Assembly: GCA_012840225.1 (NCBI GenBank)
Contig: DULU01000052.1
Coordinates: 20,483-84,482 of the forward strand
DNA from: Bacillota bacterium
Lineage (GTDB): Bacteria > Bacillota > Limnochordia > DTU080
DNA: 64,000 nt
Reading direction: 5' to 3'
The translations under genes and the position numbers were made by a program. The notes below the pieces were generated by a model. The model had not been told where the DNA came from, ran no database searches, and saw only the letters and a program-made list of their open reading frames with translations. Of the stretch, positions 1-8,464 are shown in pieces; the first letter of the stretch is position 1, and each line of letters starts with the position of its first letter.

Positions 1-1635
1 GTGCGCACCCTCGCCGGGGCCGGAGCCCGGGTGATCGCCCTGGATATCCTTTTCTCGGAGTCCGGGGAGGAGCCGGCCGACGATCTGGAGTTGGCTCTGG
101 CCATCAAGGAAGCCGGCCGGGTGGTGCTCGCCAATAAAGTGACGGAGATCGCCGGGATGGGCCTCAAGGCTGTGCAGGTGAGCCATCCGGTGGCTGTGCT
201 GGATGAGGCGGCGGCCAGAGTCGGCCTGGTCAATATGGAATATGATGACGACAACTTCATCCGCCGCTCCTTCCTGGGCCGGGAATATAACGGGGTGGTG
301 AGGAGTTCCTTCTCCCTGGCGGCCGCCGCTTTATACCACAATATGTCCAAGGCGGAAGAGGAGGCTTTGGCTGCCGCCGCCTGGGGCAGGGAAGCGGAGG
401 TGGCCGGGCGGAAAGTACGTCTCGCTCCTGATGGTACATATCAGATCAATTATGCCGGGGGAGCGGGCACTTATCCCATCTACTCTTATTACCAGGTGTT
501 ATATGGTCTGATCCCCCCCGAGCGCTTCAGAGACCGCATTGTGCTGGTGGGGGCTACGGATGAGACCATGCACGACACCTTCGCCACGCCCTTTTTTGCT
601 GCCGGCGGCGGGCCCATGCCGGGAGTGGAAGTGCACGCCAATGCCTTGGCCACCCTGCTGGCGGGAAATGAGCTCGCCGGAGCGCCGTGGTGGTTCGATG
701 TCTTCTATATTGTTCTCCTTGTCTGGATGGTGTCGGCATATATCGGCGGGGTGGGGCCCTGGCGGGGGCTGCTCTTCACCGCCGGGCTGATGGTGGTGCA
801 TGTGGCGGTGGCTGTGGCGGCTTTTCTTTTCCGGGATTTCCGCTACCCTCTCATAGCTCCGCTGGTGGCCATCTTCAGCTGCTATGCCACCGTGACCGCC
901 TACCGCTTTTATGTTGAGGAAAGCGAGCGCCGCCGGGTGCGCAGCCTTTTCGGCCGCTATGTGTCCGATGAGGTGGTGCGGGAGATCGTCGACAACCAGG
1001 AGGAGATCGTCCTGGGCGGCCGGCGCCAAGAGGTGACCGTGCTTTTTTCGGACATCAGGGGTTTCACCCAGATGTCGGAACGTATGCGGCCTGAAGATGT
1101 GGTAACCATGTTGAATGAGTATTTCGATGCCATGACCGAGGTGATCTTCAACTGCGGCGGTACGGTGGACAAATTTGTAGGCGACTGCATCATGGCCATT
1201 TGGGGAGCGCCTGTGCCGGTCACAGATGGTGCCGCCAGGGCAGTGAAGGCGGCGGTGCTGATGCGCCGGGCGCTCTCCCGGCTGCAGGAGAAATGGCAGA
1301 AAGAGGGAAAAGTGTCCTTTGATACCGGTATCGGCATCAATACGGCCGAAGTGGTGGCCGGGAATATCGGGTCGCAGCGGCGGATGGAATATACGGTGAT
1401 AGGCGCCGGTGTAAACCTGGCGGCCAGGTTGGAGAGCGCCACCAGGGATCTGGGGGTACCTATCCTGATCAGCGCCGCCACCTATAAAATGGCCGGCTCG
1501 GCAGTGTTGGCCAGGCCTCTGCCGCCGGTGATGGTGAAGGGCATTGAGCAGCCGGTGCCGGTGTGGGAAGTGCTGGGCTGGCGTGAAGCTGATGGAGAGG
1601 AAATCCTGGTTGCCGGAGGCACTGGCTACAATTAG
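1..1635 (+). CDS. Class III adenylate/guanylate cyclase with N-terminal CHASE2-type membrane sensor region; 5' partial (runs off window start)
   Basis: C-terminal catalytic motifs FSDIRGFTQMSE...VGDCIMAIWGAP...TVIGAGVNLAARLE are typical of the class III cyclase homology domain. The upstream hydrophobic segments (WWFDVFYIVLLVWMVSAYIGGV...) are consistent with a CHASE2 architecture. The ORF is open from base 1. Confidence 0.75.
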   Translation: MRTLAGAGARVIALDILFSESGEEPADDLELALAIKEAGRVVLANKVTEIAGMGLKAVQVSHPVAVLDEAAARVGLVNMEYDDDNFIRRSFLGREYNGVVRSSFSLAAAALYHNMSKAEEEALAAAAWGREAEVAGRKVRLAPDGTYQINYAGGAGTYPIYSYYQVLYGLIPPERFRDRIVLVGATDETMHDTFATPFFAAGGGPMPGVEVHANALATLLAGNELAGAPWWFDVFYIVLLVWMVSAYIGGVGPWRGLLFTAGLMVVHVAVAVAAFLFRDFRYPLIAPLVAIFSCYATVTAYRFYVEESERRRVRSLFGRYVSDEVVREIVDNQEEIVLGGRRQEVTVLFSDIRGFTQMSERMRPEDVVTMLNEYFDAMTEVIFNCGGTVDKFVGDCIMAIWGAPVPVTDGAARAVKAAVLMRRALSRLQEKWQKEGKVSFDTGIGINTAEVVAGNIGSQRRMEYTVIGAGVNLAARLESATRDLGVPILISAATYKMAGSAVLARPLPPVMVKGIEQPVPVWEVLGWREADGEEILVAGGTGYN

Positions 1636-1664
1636 GGATGAGGTGTACGGTTTTGGCCTTTATG

Positions 1665-2522
1665 CGCATCTTCGGGGCTAGGGGAACTCATCCGGCGCCA
1701 GGGGCGGAATTTGCCGGGTATGGAGGCGAGACGGCTTGCCTGGCCTTTTTTGCCGACGAGGCCGAGGAGGACGGCCGGCTTCTGGATGTGGGGCCGCTCG
1801 TGGTGCTGGACGGAGGGACCGGAGTGATCTCCCTCGGTGCGGCGCTGGCGAGAACACCAAAAGGGAGGGCGCCGGAAAGACGGCCGGAAATCAGCATCTT
1901 TCTCACCCACCTGCATTACGATCATATCAGCGGCCTGCCTTTTTTTGCCCCCATCTACCAGCCCAAACGGCGGATTAAGCTCTACCTGGCCGAGGACATG
2001 GTGCCCTATCTCCGTCAATACTGGCAAAGACCGTTTTTTCCGTTGAACATCGCCGAGGTGCCGGCCGATTTGCAGCTTGTCGGTCTGGCGGAGGCCGGAG
2101 AGGAGCAGCTGTTGCCGGAATTGACGGTAAAATACCGGCGTCTCCCTTCCCCGGCTCACCTGGACGGGGTGGTCATGTACCGGGTGACCGGTCCGAGGGG
2201 TGAGGTGGCCTATATTACCGACATCGAACTGGTGGCTCCCGAGATCATGGCGGAGGCGACGGCTTTTGCCAAGGGGGCAGAGGTACTGGTATGCGACGCC
2301 ACCTATATGTCGGGAGAAGAGTATGAGCAGCATCGGGGCTGGGGACACAATAATATCGATATGGCCCTGACTCTGGCGGCAGAAGCCGGGGTGCGGGATC
2401 TCTATCTTTTCCATCACGAGCCGACGCGCCGCGATGCGGAGCTGGAGCTGATATTGGCCCTGGCCAAAACCAGGAGGGAGCGGGTTTTCCTGGCTTCGCC
2501 GGCGGTCCAGGTCTACCTTTAG
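1665..2522 (+). CDS. MBL-fold metallo-hydrolase
   Basis: Metal-binding motif HLHYDHISGL (HxHxDH) and later D/H residues typical of the metallo-beta-lactamase fold. The start is uncertain; the ORF opens at 1638 and the ATG at 1665 was chosen. Confidence 0.55.
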   Translation, partial: RIFGARGTHPAPGAEFAGYGGETACLAFFADEAEEDGRLLDVGPLVVLDGGTGVISLGAALARTPKGRAPERRPEISIFLTHLHYDHISGLPFFAPIYQPKRRIKLYLAEDMVPYLRQYWQRPFFPLNIAEVPADLQLVGLAEAGEEQLLPELTVKYRRLPSPAHLDGVVMYRVTGPRGEVAYITDIELVAPEIMAEATAFAKGAEVLVCDATYMSGEEYEQHRGWGHNNIDMALTLAAEAGVRDLYLFHHEPTRRDAELELILALAKTRRERVFLASPAVQVYL

Positions 2523-2628
2523 CTTTGTCCGGTTTTCTATCCCGGGGAACAGGCGGCGCGGCGGCGATTGTGGTATCATTGGTTTTATCGAAAACAGGAT
2601 TTGATTATTAATAGCGAGGATCAGACAG

Positions 2629-3312
2629 ATGGCTGAACCGATATATGCCGAGTATTTTTTTGATTTAAGCGGATGGTCCCATGCTTCCATATTTAAAGAA
2701 GGCGAGCCGGTCTGGCAGGCGCTGGAGAGGCTCCCGGAATACCTGGCCGGCTTGGGGGAGCCGGTGCTGCTCGGGACGGTGGAGCCCGGCGCCTGGGTCG
2801 GCGAAAAGGTCTATCTGGCTGAAGGGGCGCTGGTGCAAGCCGGGGCTATGGTGTGCGGGCCGGCTTACATCGGTCCGGGCAGCGTCATCCGCCACGGCGC
2901 CTATGTCAGGGAAAACTGCCTCATCGGCGCCGATTGCGTGGTCGGGCACTGCAGCGAAACCAAGGGCTGCATCATGCTGGACGGAGCCCAGGCCCCTCAT
3001 TTCAACTATGTGGGCGACAGCATCCTGGGGAGGAAGGTGAACCTGGGCGCCGGGACCAAGCTTTCCAACCTGAAAAATGATCGCAGCGAAATCACCGTGA
3101 CGGTGGCCGGGACCACCTATGCCACCGGCCGGAAAAAGTTGGGAGCGATAATCGGCGACCGGGTGGCCGTCGGCTGCAATGCGGTGACGAGTCCCGGTAC
3201 GCTCATCGGGCCCAACTCGTCCATATATGCCAACGTGGTGGTGCGCGGCTTTGTCCCCGCCTTGTCCATCGTCAAATTGAGACAGACCCAAGAGATCATA
3301 CCCATGAGATAA
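2629..3312 (+). CDS. Left-handed beta-helix (hexapeptide-repeat) transferase, GlmU C-terminal-like
   Basis: Repeated [LIV]-G-x-x-x-x hexapeptide pattern (VIRHGAYVRENCLIGADCVVGHCSETKGCIMLDGA...VNLGAGTKL...IGDRVAVGCNAV). An RBS-like GAGGA lies upstream of the ATG. Confidence 0.5.
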   Translation: MAEPIYAEYFFDLSGWSHASIFKEGEPVWQALERLPEYLAGLGEPVLLGTVEPGAWVGEKVYLAEGALVQAGAMVCGPAYIGPGSVIRHGAYVRENCLIGADCVVGHCSETKGCIMLDGAQAPHFNYVGDSILGRKVNLGAGTKLSNLKNDRSEITVTVAGTTYATGRKKLGAIIGDRVAVGCNAVTSPGTLIGPNSSIYANVVVRGFVPALSIVKLRQTQEIIPMR

Positions 3313-3350
3313 GCCGGCCGGCAGGCGGGTGATGGTCCATCGGCTACCAT

Positions 3351-5369
3351 GTGTGGTTCATAGCTCAAGCCTGTGCTCCTGATTCCTATCCCGATGCCAA
3401 AGGCGCTCCCGCTCCCGGCGGGCCGGCGGCGCCCACGAAGCCATTAAAGCCTCTCGGAGCTTCGCGAGCGCATCTATGTTGTCGCTGGGGGGTGGCACCA
3501 AAAGGCGCCTTGCCGCCCGCACCCGGGGCAACGCTCGCCACCAAGGCGCTGCCGCTCTGGTTGGCGGAGTTGCTGGCGAGGCGGCTTTTCGGCAGCCTGG
3601 CGGGTGAGCGGGTGCTCAGCTCCACCTTTTTTCCTTTATATAAAGTCTACTGGCGCCTGCGGGGAGCAGGCCTCGCCGCGGCCTGGGGCTTTAAGGATAC
3701 CTTATGGCAAGATAACCCATGGCAGGATACTCTCCGGCAGCAGGGAGCGACGCAGGAGCAGGATGTGGAGGTGGAGGTGGGAGCAGACAAAGCGGCGGCT
3801 GCCCCTCCAGCTGGGGCTTTGGCGGAGACGGTGCTCCGGGTCACCAGCGGCCGGTATTTATCTGTGAGCGAGATCAAGGCGGAGTTGCCTCGTGAGGAGC
3901 GGGCCGCTTTTCGGCAGGAGTATTTGGACGACCTGGTCCGGCGGGGATCTTTGCGCTTCATGGCGGCCGTAGGTCCGGGGGAGAGCGGCGATATAGAGTG
4001 CAGGCGCTGCGGCAGCCGCAGGCGTATCGCATTTTCCTGGTGCGCCCGCTGTGCCATAGCTTGTCCAGAATGCCCCGAATGCCGGGACATGGGCCGCATG
4101 CGGGGCTGTGATGCCTTATATACCGCGGCAGAGCCTCCGGCCCCGCCGGCCTTCCGGCAGGACACCACCCTGGCCGCCACACCTGCCGCACCGTCCGGCG
4201 TTACACTTGTCACACCTCTCCAGCCGGAGCTGCCGTTTGCCTTGTCCAAAGCCCAGGCTCAGGCAGCCGGGGAGCTGGCGGCGGCCTCTGCCGCCAGGCA
4301 ATCGCCGGTGCTGGTGTGGGCGGCTTGCGGGGCGGGGAAGACGGAAGTGGCCTTTCATGCCGTAGCGCGGGAACTGGAGAGCGGCGGGCGGGTGCTCGTC
4401 ACCGCGCCGCGGCGGGATGTGGTGATCGACCTCTACCATCGCTTGGAGGCCGCCTTTCCGGGCTGCCGGATTGGCGGTCTGTGGGGGGGAGGGCGCTTCC
4501 TTCCGGCAGCAGGGCCGTCGCCGCAACTGATTGTCGCCACCACGCATCAAGCCATGCGGCTCAGCGCTTCGTTCAGCCTGGTGATTCTCGATGAATGCGA
4601 TGCTTTTCCATATAATGTCACCCCCATGCTGCAGCGCACCATCGCCCGCCTGAGCGAAGGCGGCGTCTTCATCCAGATGACCGCCACCCCGGCTCTCTCC
4701 ACCCGGCGGCAGGTAGCGGCTTCCGGGCGCATCATTTATATCCCGGCCCGCCATCATGGACATCCTTTGCCGGTGCCGAGCCTGCACCTGGACAGGTCTC
4801 TCGCCTCCTGGCCGGGAGGAGGGGTAGAGGCAGGAGCAGGGGGCGAGGTTGGAAGATGGGGGGGCAGAGGGGGAAGCAGCCGTGAGGGCGCGGCCGGCGA
4901 TACGGGCCAGGTGCCTAAAGTGCTCGCTGAGGTGATAGGGGAGACTCTGGCCGGCGGCGGGCGGCTTTTGGTGTTCGTGCCCACCAGGGCAATGGTGGCT
5001 CCGGTAGCCCGCTCCTTGCAACAAAATTTTAACATCGAGGTGGCCGGGGTGCATTCCGCCTCGCCGGAGCGGGATCTGGTGCGGGAAAAGCTGCGGAGCA
5101 GGGAATTAGCCCTGGTGGTATGCACCACCATCTTCGAGCGAGGCCTGACCTTTCCGGGCGTAGATGTGGCCGTGCTTTTCGCCGATAACGAAGCGGTTTT
5201 CGACCGGGCGACGCTGGTGCAGATCGCCGGGCGTCCGGGACGCACCACCGCTTTTCCCGAAGGCCGGGTTTACTTCATCGCTGCCCGCAAAAGCCGGTCC
5301 ATGCTGGGCGCCGTCGAAGATATTCGTTATTTGAACCGCCTCGCCGGGGAACGGAAATTGCTGTTATGA
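3351..5369 (+). CDS. comFA: ComFA-like competence helicase (DEAD/DEAH-box, with Zn-finger); long, possibly over-extended N-terminus
   Basis: Cys4 zinc finger CRRCGSRRRIAFSWCARCAIACPECPEC followed by Walker A VLVWAACGAGKTEVAF and DExD-like ILDECDAFPY. Similar in order and motifs to B. subtilis ComFA (WAVCGAGKTEM...IIDEVDAFPY). It is followed by comFC. The true start is probably internal (GTG near 3765-3777). Confidence 0.65.
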   Translation: MWFIAQACAPDSYPDAKGAPAPGGPAAPTKPLKPLGASRAHLCCRWGVAPKGALPPAPGATLATKALPLWLAELLARRLFGSLAGERVLSSTFFPLYKVYWRLRGAGLAAAWGFKDTLWQDNPWQDTLRQQGATQEQDVEVEVGADKAAAAPPAGALAETVLRVTSGRYLSVSEIKAELPREERAAFRQEYLDDLVRRGSLRFMAAVGPGESGDIECRRCGSRRRIAFSWCARCAIACPECPECRDMGRMRGCDALYTAAEPPAPPAFRQDTTLAATPAAPSGVTLVTPLQPELPFALSKAQAQAAGELAAASAARQSPVLVWAACGAGKTEVAFHAVARELESGGRVLVTAPRRDVVIDLYHRLEAAFPGCRIGGLWGGGRFLPAAGPSPQLIVATTHQAMRLSASFSLVILDECDAFPYNVTPMLQRTIARLSEGGVFIQMTATPALSTRRQVAASGRIIYIPARHHGHPLPVPSLHLDRSLASWPGGGVEAGAGGEVGRWGGRGGSSREGAAGDTGQVPKVLAEVIGETLAGGGRLLVFVPTRAMVAPVARSLQQNFNIEVAGVHSASPERDLVREKLRSRELALVVCTTIFERGLTFPGVDVAVLFADNEAVFDRATLVQIAGRPGRTTAFPEGRVYFIAARKSRSMLGAVEDIRYLNRLAGERKLLL

Positions 5370-5458
5370 TCCCCGGAGCTTTTTCTTTTTTATGGCTTTT
5401 GCTATGATATGTGTGTATGGGCCAAGCTCGTGACGGGAACGATCGAAGGAGTTCGATA

Positions 5459-6292
5459 ATGTTCCAGAAGGAGAAGGTGCGACACCGTCTCCAGATCTAT
5501 CGTCACTTGACCGGTGGCCTGGCTAGGGTGAGAGAAGACTTTGGCGATCTTTTGTTTCCCCCGCCGGCCGGCTGCGGTTATTGCGGAAGCGAGCTTATGC
5601 CGCCCCTGATGCCTTGGTGGACACCTGAGAATGCAGTGGACCAAACTTTGTGCCGGCGGTGCCTGGAACAGGTGGTATTTACCTCCGGACCGGGATGCGC
5701 CCGCTGCGGCCGACCCGAGCAGGAGGACAGGCTCTGTGTGTTCTGCCGCAACGACATATGCCGAGTGAGCGGCGGAAGCGCTACCGTCTATGAAGGGATC
5801 ATACCTGAGCTGACGCGGCGCTTGAAATTTAAAGGCGCCAGGCAACTGGCGGCTGCACTGGGCCGGATGGCCGCCATCACCGGCATGAAGGTTGCGGCCG
5901 GATGGCCGGTGACGGCTGTTGTCCCGGTGCCCCTGCATCAGGAGCGACTAGCTGAGAGAGGTTATAATCAGGCCCAGCTGATTGCCGGCGAGGTGGCGAG
6001 ATGGCTGGGGCGCCCGCTCTGGTCCGATATTTTGCTCCGCACGAGGAATACTAAACCTCAGAGCGGTTTGGATATTGCCGATAGAGCGAAGAACATTGAA
6101 GGAGCCTTTGTCGCCGTTGATGTTAAAAATTTAAGCAGACGATCAATTCTTTTGGTGGATGATGTGCTGACCACGGGAGCCACTCTGACGGCGGCGGCTG
6201 CTGCCCTCTTGGTGGCCGGTGCCGGCAGCGTCAGGTTTGTCACCGCCAGTGTGACGGTGGCCCCACCTCAGCACTGGAAGGGAGATTATTGA
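5459..6292 (+). CDS. comFC: ComF family protein ComFC (phosphoribosyltransferase-like)
   Basis: N-terminal Cys-rich region and C-terminal PRTase motif ILLVDDVLTTGATL. RBS GAAGGAG lies 8 nt upstream of the ATG at 5459. Position immediately after comFA. Confidence 0.75.
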   Translation: MFQKEKVRHRLQIYRHLTGGLARVREDFGDLLFPPPAGCGYCGSELMPPLMPWWTPENAVDQTLCRRCLEQVVFTSGPGCARCGRPEQEDRLCVFCRNDICRVSGGSATVYEGIIPELTRRLKFKGARQLAAALGRMAAITGMKVAAGWPVTAVVPVPLHQERLAERGYNQAQLIAGEVARWLGRPLWSDILLRTRNTKPQSGLDIADRAKNIEGAFVAVDVKNLSRRSILLVDDVLTTGATLTAAAAALLVAGAGSVRFVTASVTVAPPQHWKGDY

Positions 6293-6449
6293 CCAGAGGC
6301 AGTGTAGTGTAATGGGACGGTAATTAGACACCTTACCGACCGGGGGGAAAGAACAGCCGGAAAGATACCGGCCAAAAAACACAGGGCGGCCCATCAGCCC
6401 GGCAGCCGGCCACCGGTAGCCAGGGTTGTGTTCAGGGAGGGAGAGCAGC

Positions 6450-6674
6450 ATGCTAGTTCTCACACGCAAGCGTGACGAAAGCATCATCATTGGTGACGAT
6501 ATAAAAATCACGGTAGTGGAAGTGCGCGGCGATCAGGTCAAAATCGGGGTGGAAGCGCCGCGGGTGATTCCTGTGCACAGGGAGGAAGTGTATCGGGAAA
6601 TTCAGGAGGAAAAGGAAAGAGCAGCCCAAATGCAGGAAGTCGTCGCCGAGGGAGAAAGCCGGCCCGAGATGTAG
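6450..6674 (+). CDS. csrA: Carbon storage regulator CsrA
   Basis: [48 protein letters not shown] is essentially the CsrA consensus. RBS GGAGGGAG lies upstream. Confidence 0.85.
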   Translation: MLVLTRKRDESIIIGDDIKITVVEVRGDQVKIGVEAPRVIPVHREEVYREIQEEKERAAQMQEVVAEGESRPEM

Positions 6675-6697
6675 CAAATAAAAGAGTTTTCAGTCGT

Positions 6698-6750
6698 CCG
6701 GGCGCACTGGAGGCGGCCGGTGCGCCCCTTCGCCATGGCATTTCTTCTTT
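6698..6750 (+). terminator. Putative intrinsic terminator after csrA (GC hairpin followed by delayed T-rich stretch)
   Basis: Stem CGGGCGCAC...GTGCGCCC followed by cttcgccatggcatttcttcttttcc. Confidence 0.35.
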
Positions 6751-6756
6751 TCCAGC

Positions 6757-6785
6757 TTGCACAAATACCGCAGGCGCAGTATAAT
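6757..6785 (+). promoter_or_regulatory. Consensus sigma-A type promoter (TTGCAC-N17-TATAAT)
   Basis: -35 TTGCAC (6757-6762), a 17-nt spacer, and a perfect -10 TATAAT (6780-6785). It drives a ~370-nt untranslated region upstream of the zinc-ribbon gene. Confidence 0.55.
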
Positions 6786-7154
6786 AGGGTAGCCGTATTG
6801 CTCAGGTCTGTGGTTGAAAGTCGAAGCCAGCCGCAGGCAAAGCGACCCACGTAAGGCGACGGATAATCAGTCGCCGAGCATGGTGCGGCTTAGTGTAAGT
6901 CCTGCCCACCACTTCCCTTAGGCCTTTCTCCGATCCCCTCAGATTATTGGGTGGTATTGGGTGCCTTGGAAACCGGCAGCGCAGTAGATCTATCTATGTC
7001 ACAACAACATGAAGATCAAGGAAGTGGTGGAGAGAAGCCCGCCGATTGGCGAGGATTCCCGCAGGTGAGTGTGGGGGCAAAGACCAGGTCAGCTGGGCAA
7101 TAACGGTTATTCTTTTGCCGGTCGTCCATGCCGGGGAAGTGGGGGATTGGAGAA

Positions 7155-7439
7155 ATGCCATTTACGGACAAGACCCTGAAATGTAAGGACTGCGGTCAGG
7201 AATTTGTGTTTACGGCAGGGGAGCAGTCGTTCTACCAGGAAAAGGGCTTCCAGAACGAGCCGAGCCGCTGTCGTGAATGCCGGGATTCCCGCAAAAGGGA
7301 ACGGGAGTCGGGAGCACCGCGCCAGCTTTATGATGTGACCTGTGCCGATTGCGGCGTCCAGACGCAGGTGCCGTTCCAGCCGCGCGGCGACCGTCCGGTT
7401 TATTGCCGGGAGTGCTTCGCCGCCAGGAAGTCTGTATAA
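7155..7439 (+). CDS. Zinc-ribbon domain protein (two CxxC...CxxC knuckles)
   Basis: CKDCGQEF...CRECRDSR and CADCGVQ...CRECF motifs. RBS GGGGGATTGGAGAA is immediately upstream of the ATG at 7155. Confidence 0.6.
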   Translation: MPFTDKTLKCKDCGQEFVFTAGEQSFYQEKGFQNEPSRCRECRDSRKRERESGAPRQLYDVTCADCGVQTQVPFQPRGDRPVYCRECFAARKSV

Positions 7440-7666
7440 CGAGCGACCTGACGACCTGCCGTTCCGGAGGTGCGCCGATTTTCGGTAATTGTGATCATAA
7501 CCGCATCAATAATTGTTCAAAATGAGAAGAGAAAAGGTGGCCTGGTGCAGGTCGCCTTTTCTTTACCGGTAGAGCGTTGTCACCAAGGATTTAGCGCCGA
7601 TCAGTCCAAGTATATATATAAGAATCCGCCATACGGACTAAGGTAATCGTGAAGGGAGCGGTGGTT

Positions 7667-8218
7667 ATGGCTCAGGATAAGAAGTTGCGGATATCCGTCA
7701 GGGGCAAGAATATCGAGGTTACCGAAGCCTTGCGCCTCCATGCGGAAAAGAAGGTGCAAAAGATCGGCAAATTTTTCCGCGGTGGGGGAGCCGTCGATGT
7801 CGAGGTGGAGCTAGGCGTGCAGCGGGAGTTGCACATCGCTGAGGTCACGGTGAAGGTGGATGGGCTGATGCTCCGGGGAGAAAGCCGGACCTCGGATATG
7901 TATGCCAGCATCGACGCTGCCGTGGACCGCATTGAACGCCAGTTCAATAAATATAAAACCAAAATTTTGCGCCGCCTGCAGGGGACGCCGCGCCTCAGCA
8001 CCGAGCGGCCGGCTGAACCTGAGGAAGAAGAAGAGAAGGCGCCGGTGGTGGTGCGCTCCAAGCGCTTCGGCGTCAAACCCATGGATGTGGAGGAAGCCAT
8101 CACCCAGATGGAGTTGCTCGGCCACGACTTCTTCGTATTCCACAATGCCGCCACCCAGCAGTTCAATGTGGTTTACAAAAGGCGGGACGGCAACTACGGT
8201 TTGATTGAGCCCGATTAA
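7667..8218 (+). CDS. hpf: Ribosome hibernation promoting factor (long HPF, RaiA/YvyD family)
   Basis: N-terminal RaiA domain (KLRISVRGKNIEVTEALRLHAEKKVQKIGKFF) plus C-terminal dimerisation domain (VKPMDVEEAITQMELLGHDFFVF.N). Located upstream of secA as in B. subtilis yvyD-secA-prfB. Confidence 0.85.
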   Translation: MAQDKKLRISVRGKNIEVTEALRLHAEKKVQKIGKFFRGGGAVDVEVELGVQRELHIAEVTVKVDGLMLRGESRTSDMYASIDAAVDRIERQFNKYKTKILRRLQGTPRLSTERPAEPEEEEEKAPVVVRSKRFGVKPMDVEEAITQMELLGHDFFVFHNAATQQFNVVYKRRDGNYGLIEPD

Positions 8219-8464
8219 GCGGTGCTTTTGTCTTTGTGATGCGGTGTCGCCGGCCAACCGGCGGCACCGGTCGACCGGGTAGATAGGCCTTCCCTTGCCG
8301 GGCACCGGCCGTTTGGCGTGACGCCCGGCTGTCTTTTAGCGGGATGAATATGATCGGTTCAGTGGAGAAAATGGAGGATAAGGCAACTACCTGGAGAAAT
8401 ATTCCATGTGTATGCCGGAGGTCGGCAGGACGCTATAGGGATATAAGGTGGGAGGACTCAACAT

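Noticed and set aside
4116-5054. 312-aa minus-strand ORF within comFA
   Set aside because: Antisense to the helicase core motifs of comFA. Arg/Gly/Pro-rich translation typical of GC-rich antisense frames.
6293-6425. Possible tRNA/ncRNA in the comFC-csrA intergenic region
   Set aside because: No cloverleaf-compatible acceptor or anticodon arms were found by eye. The sequence is purine-rich and looks like a simple leader for csrA.
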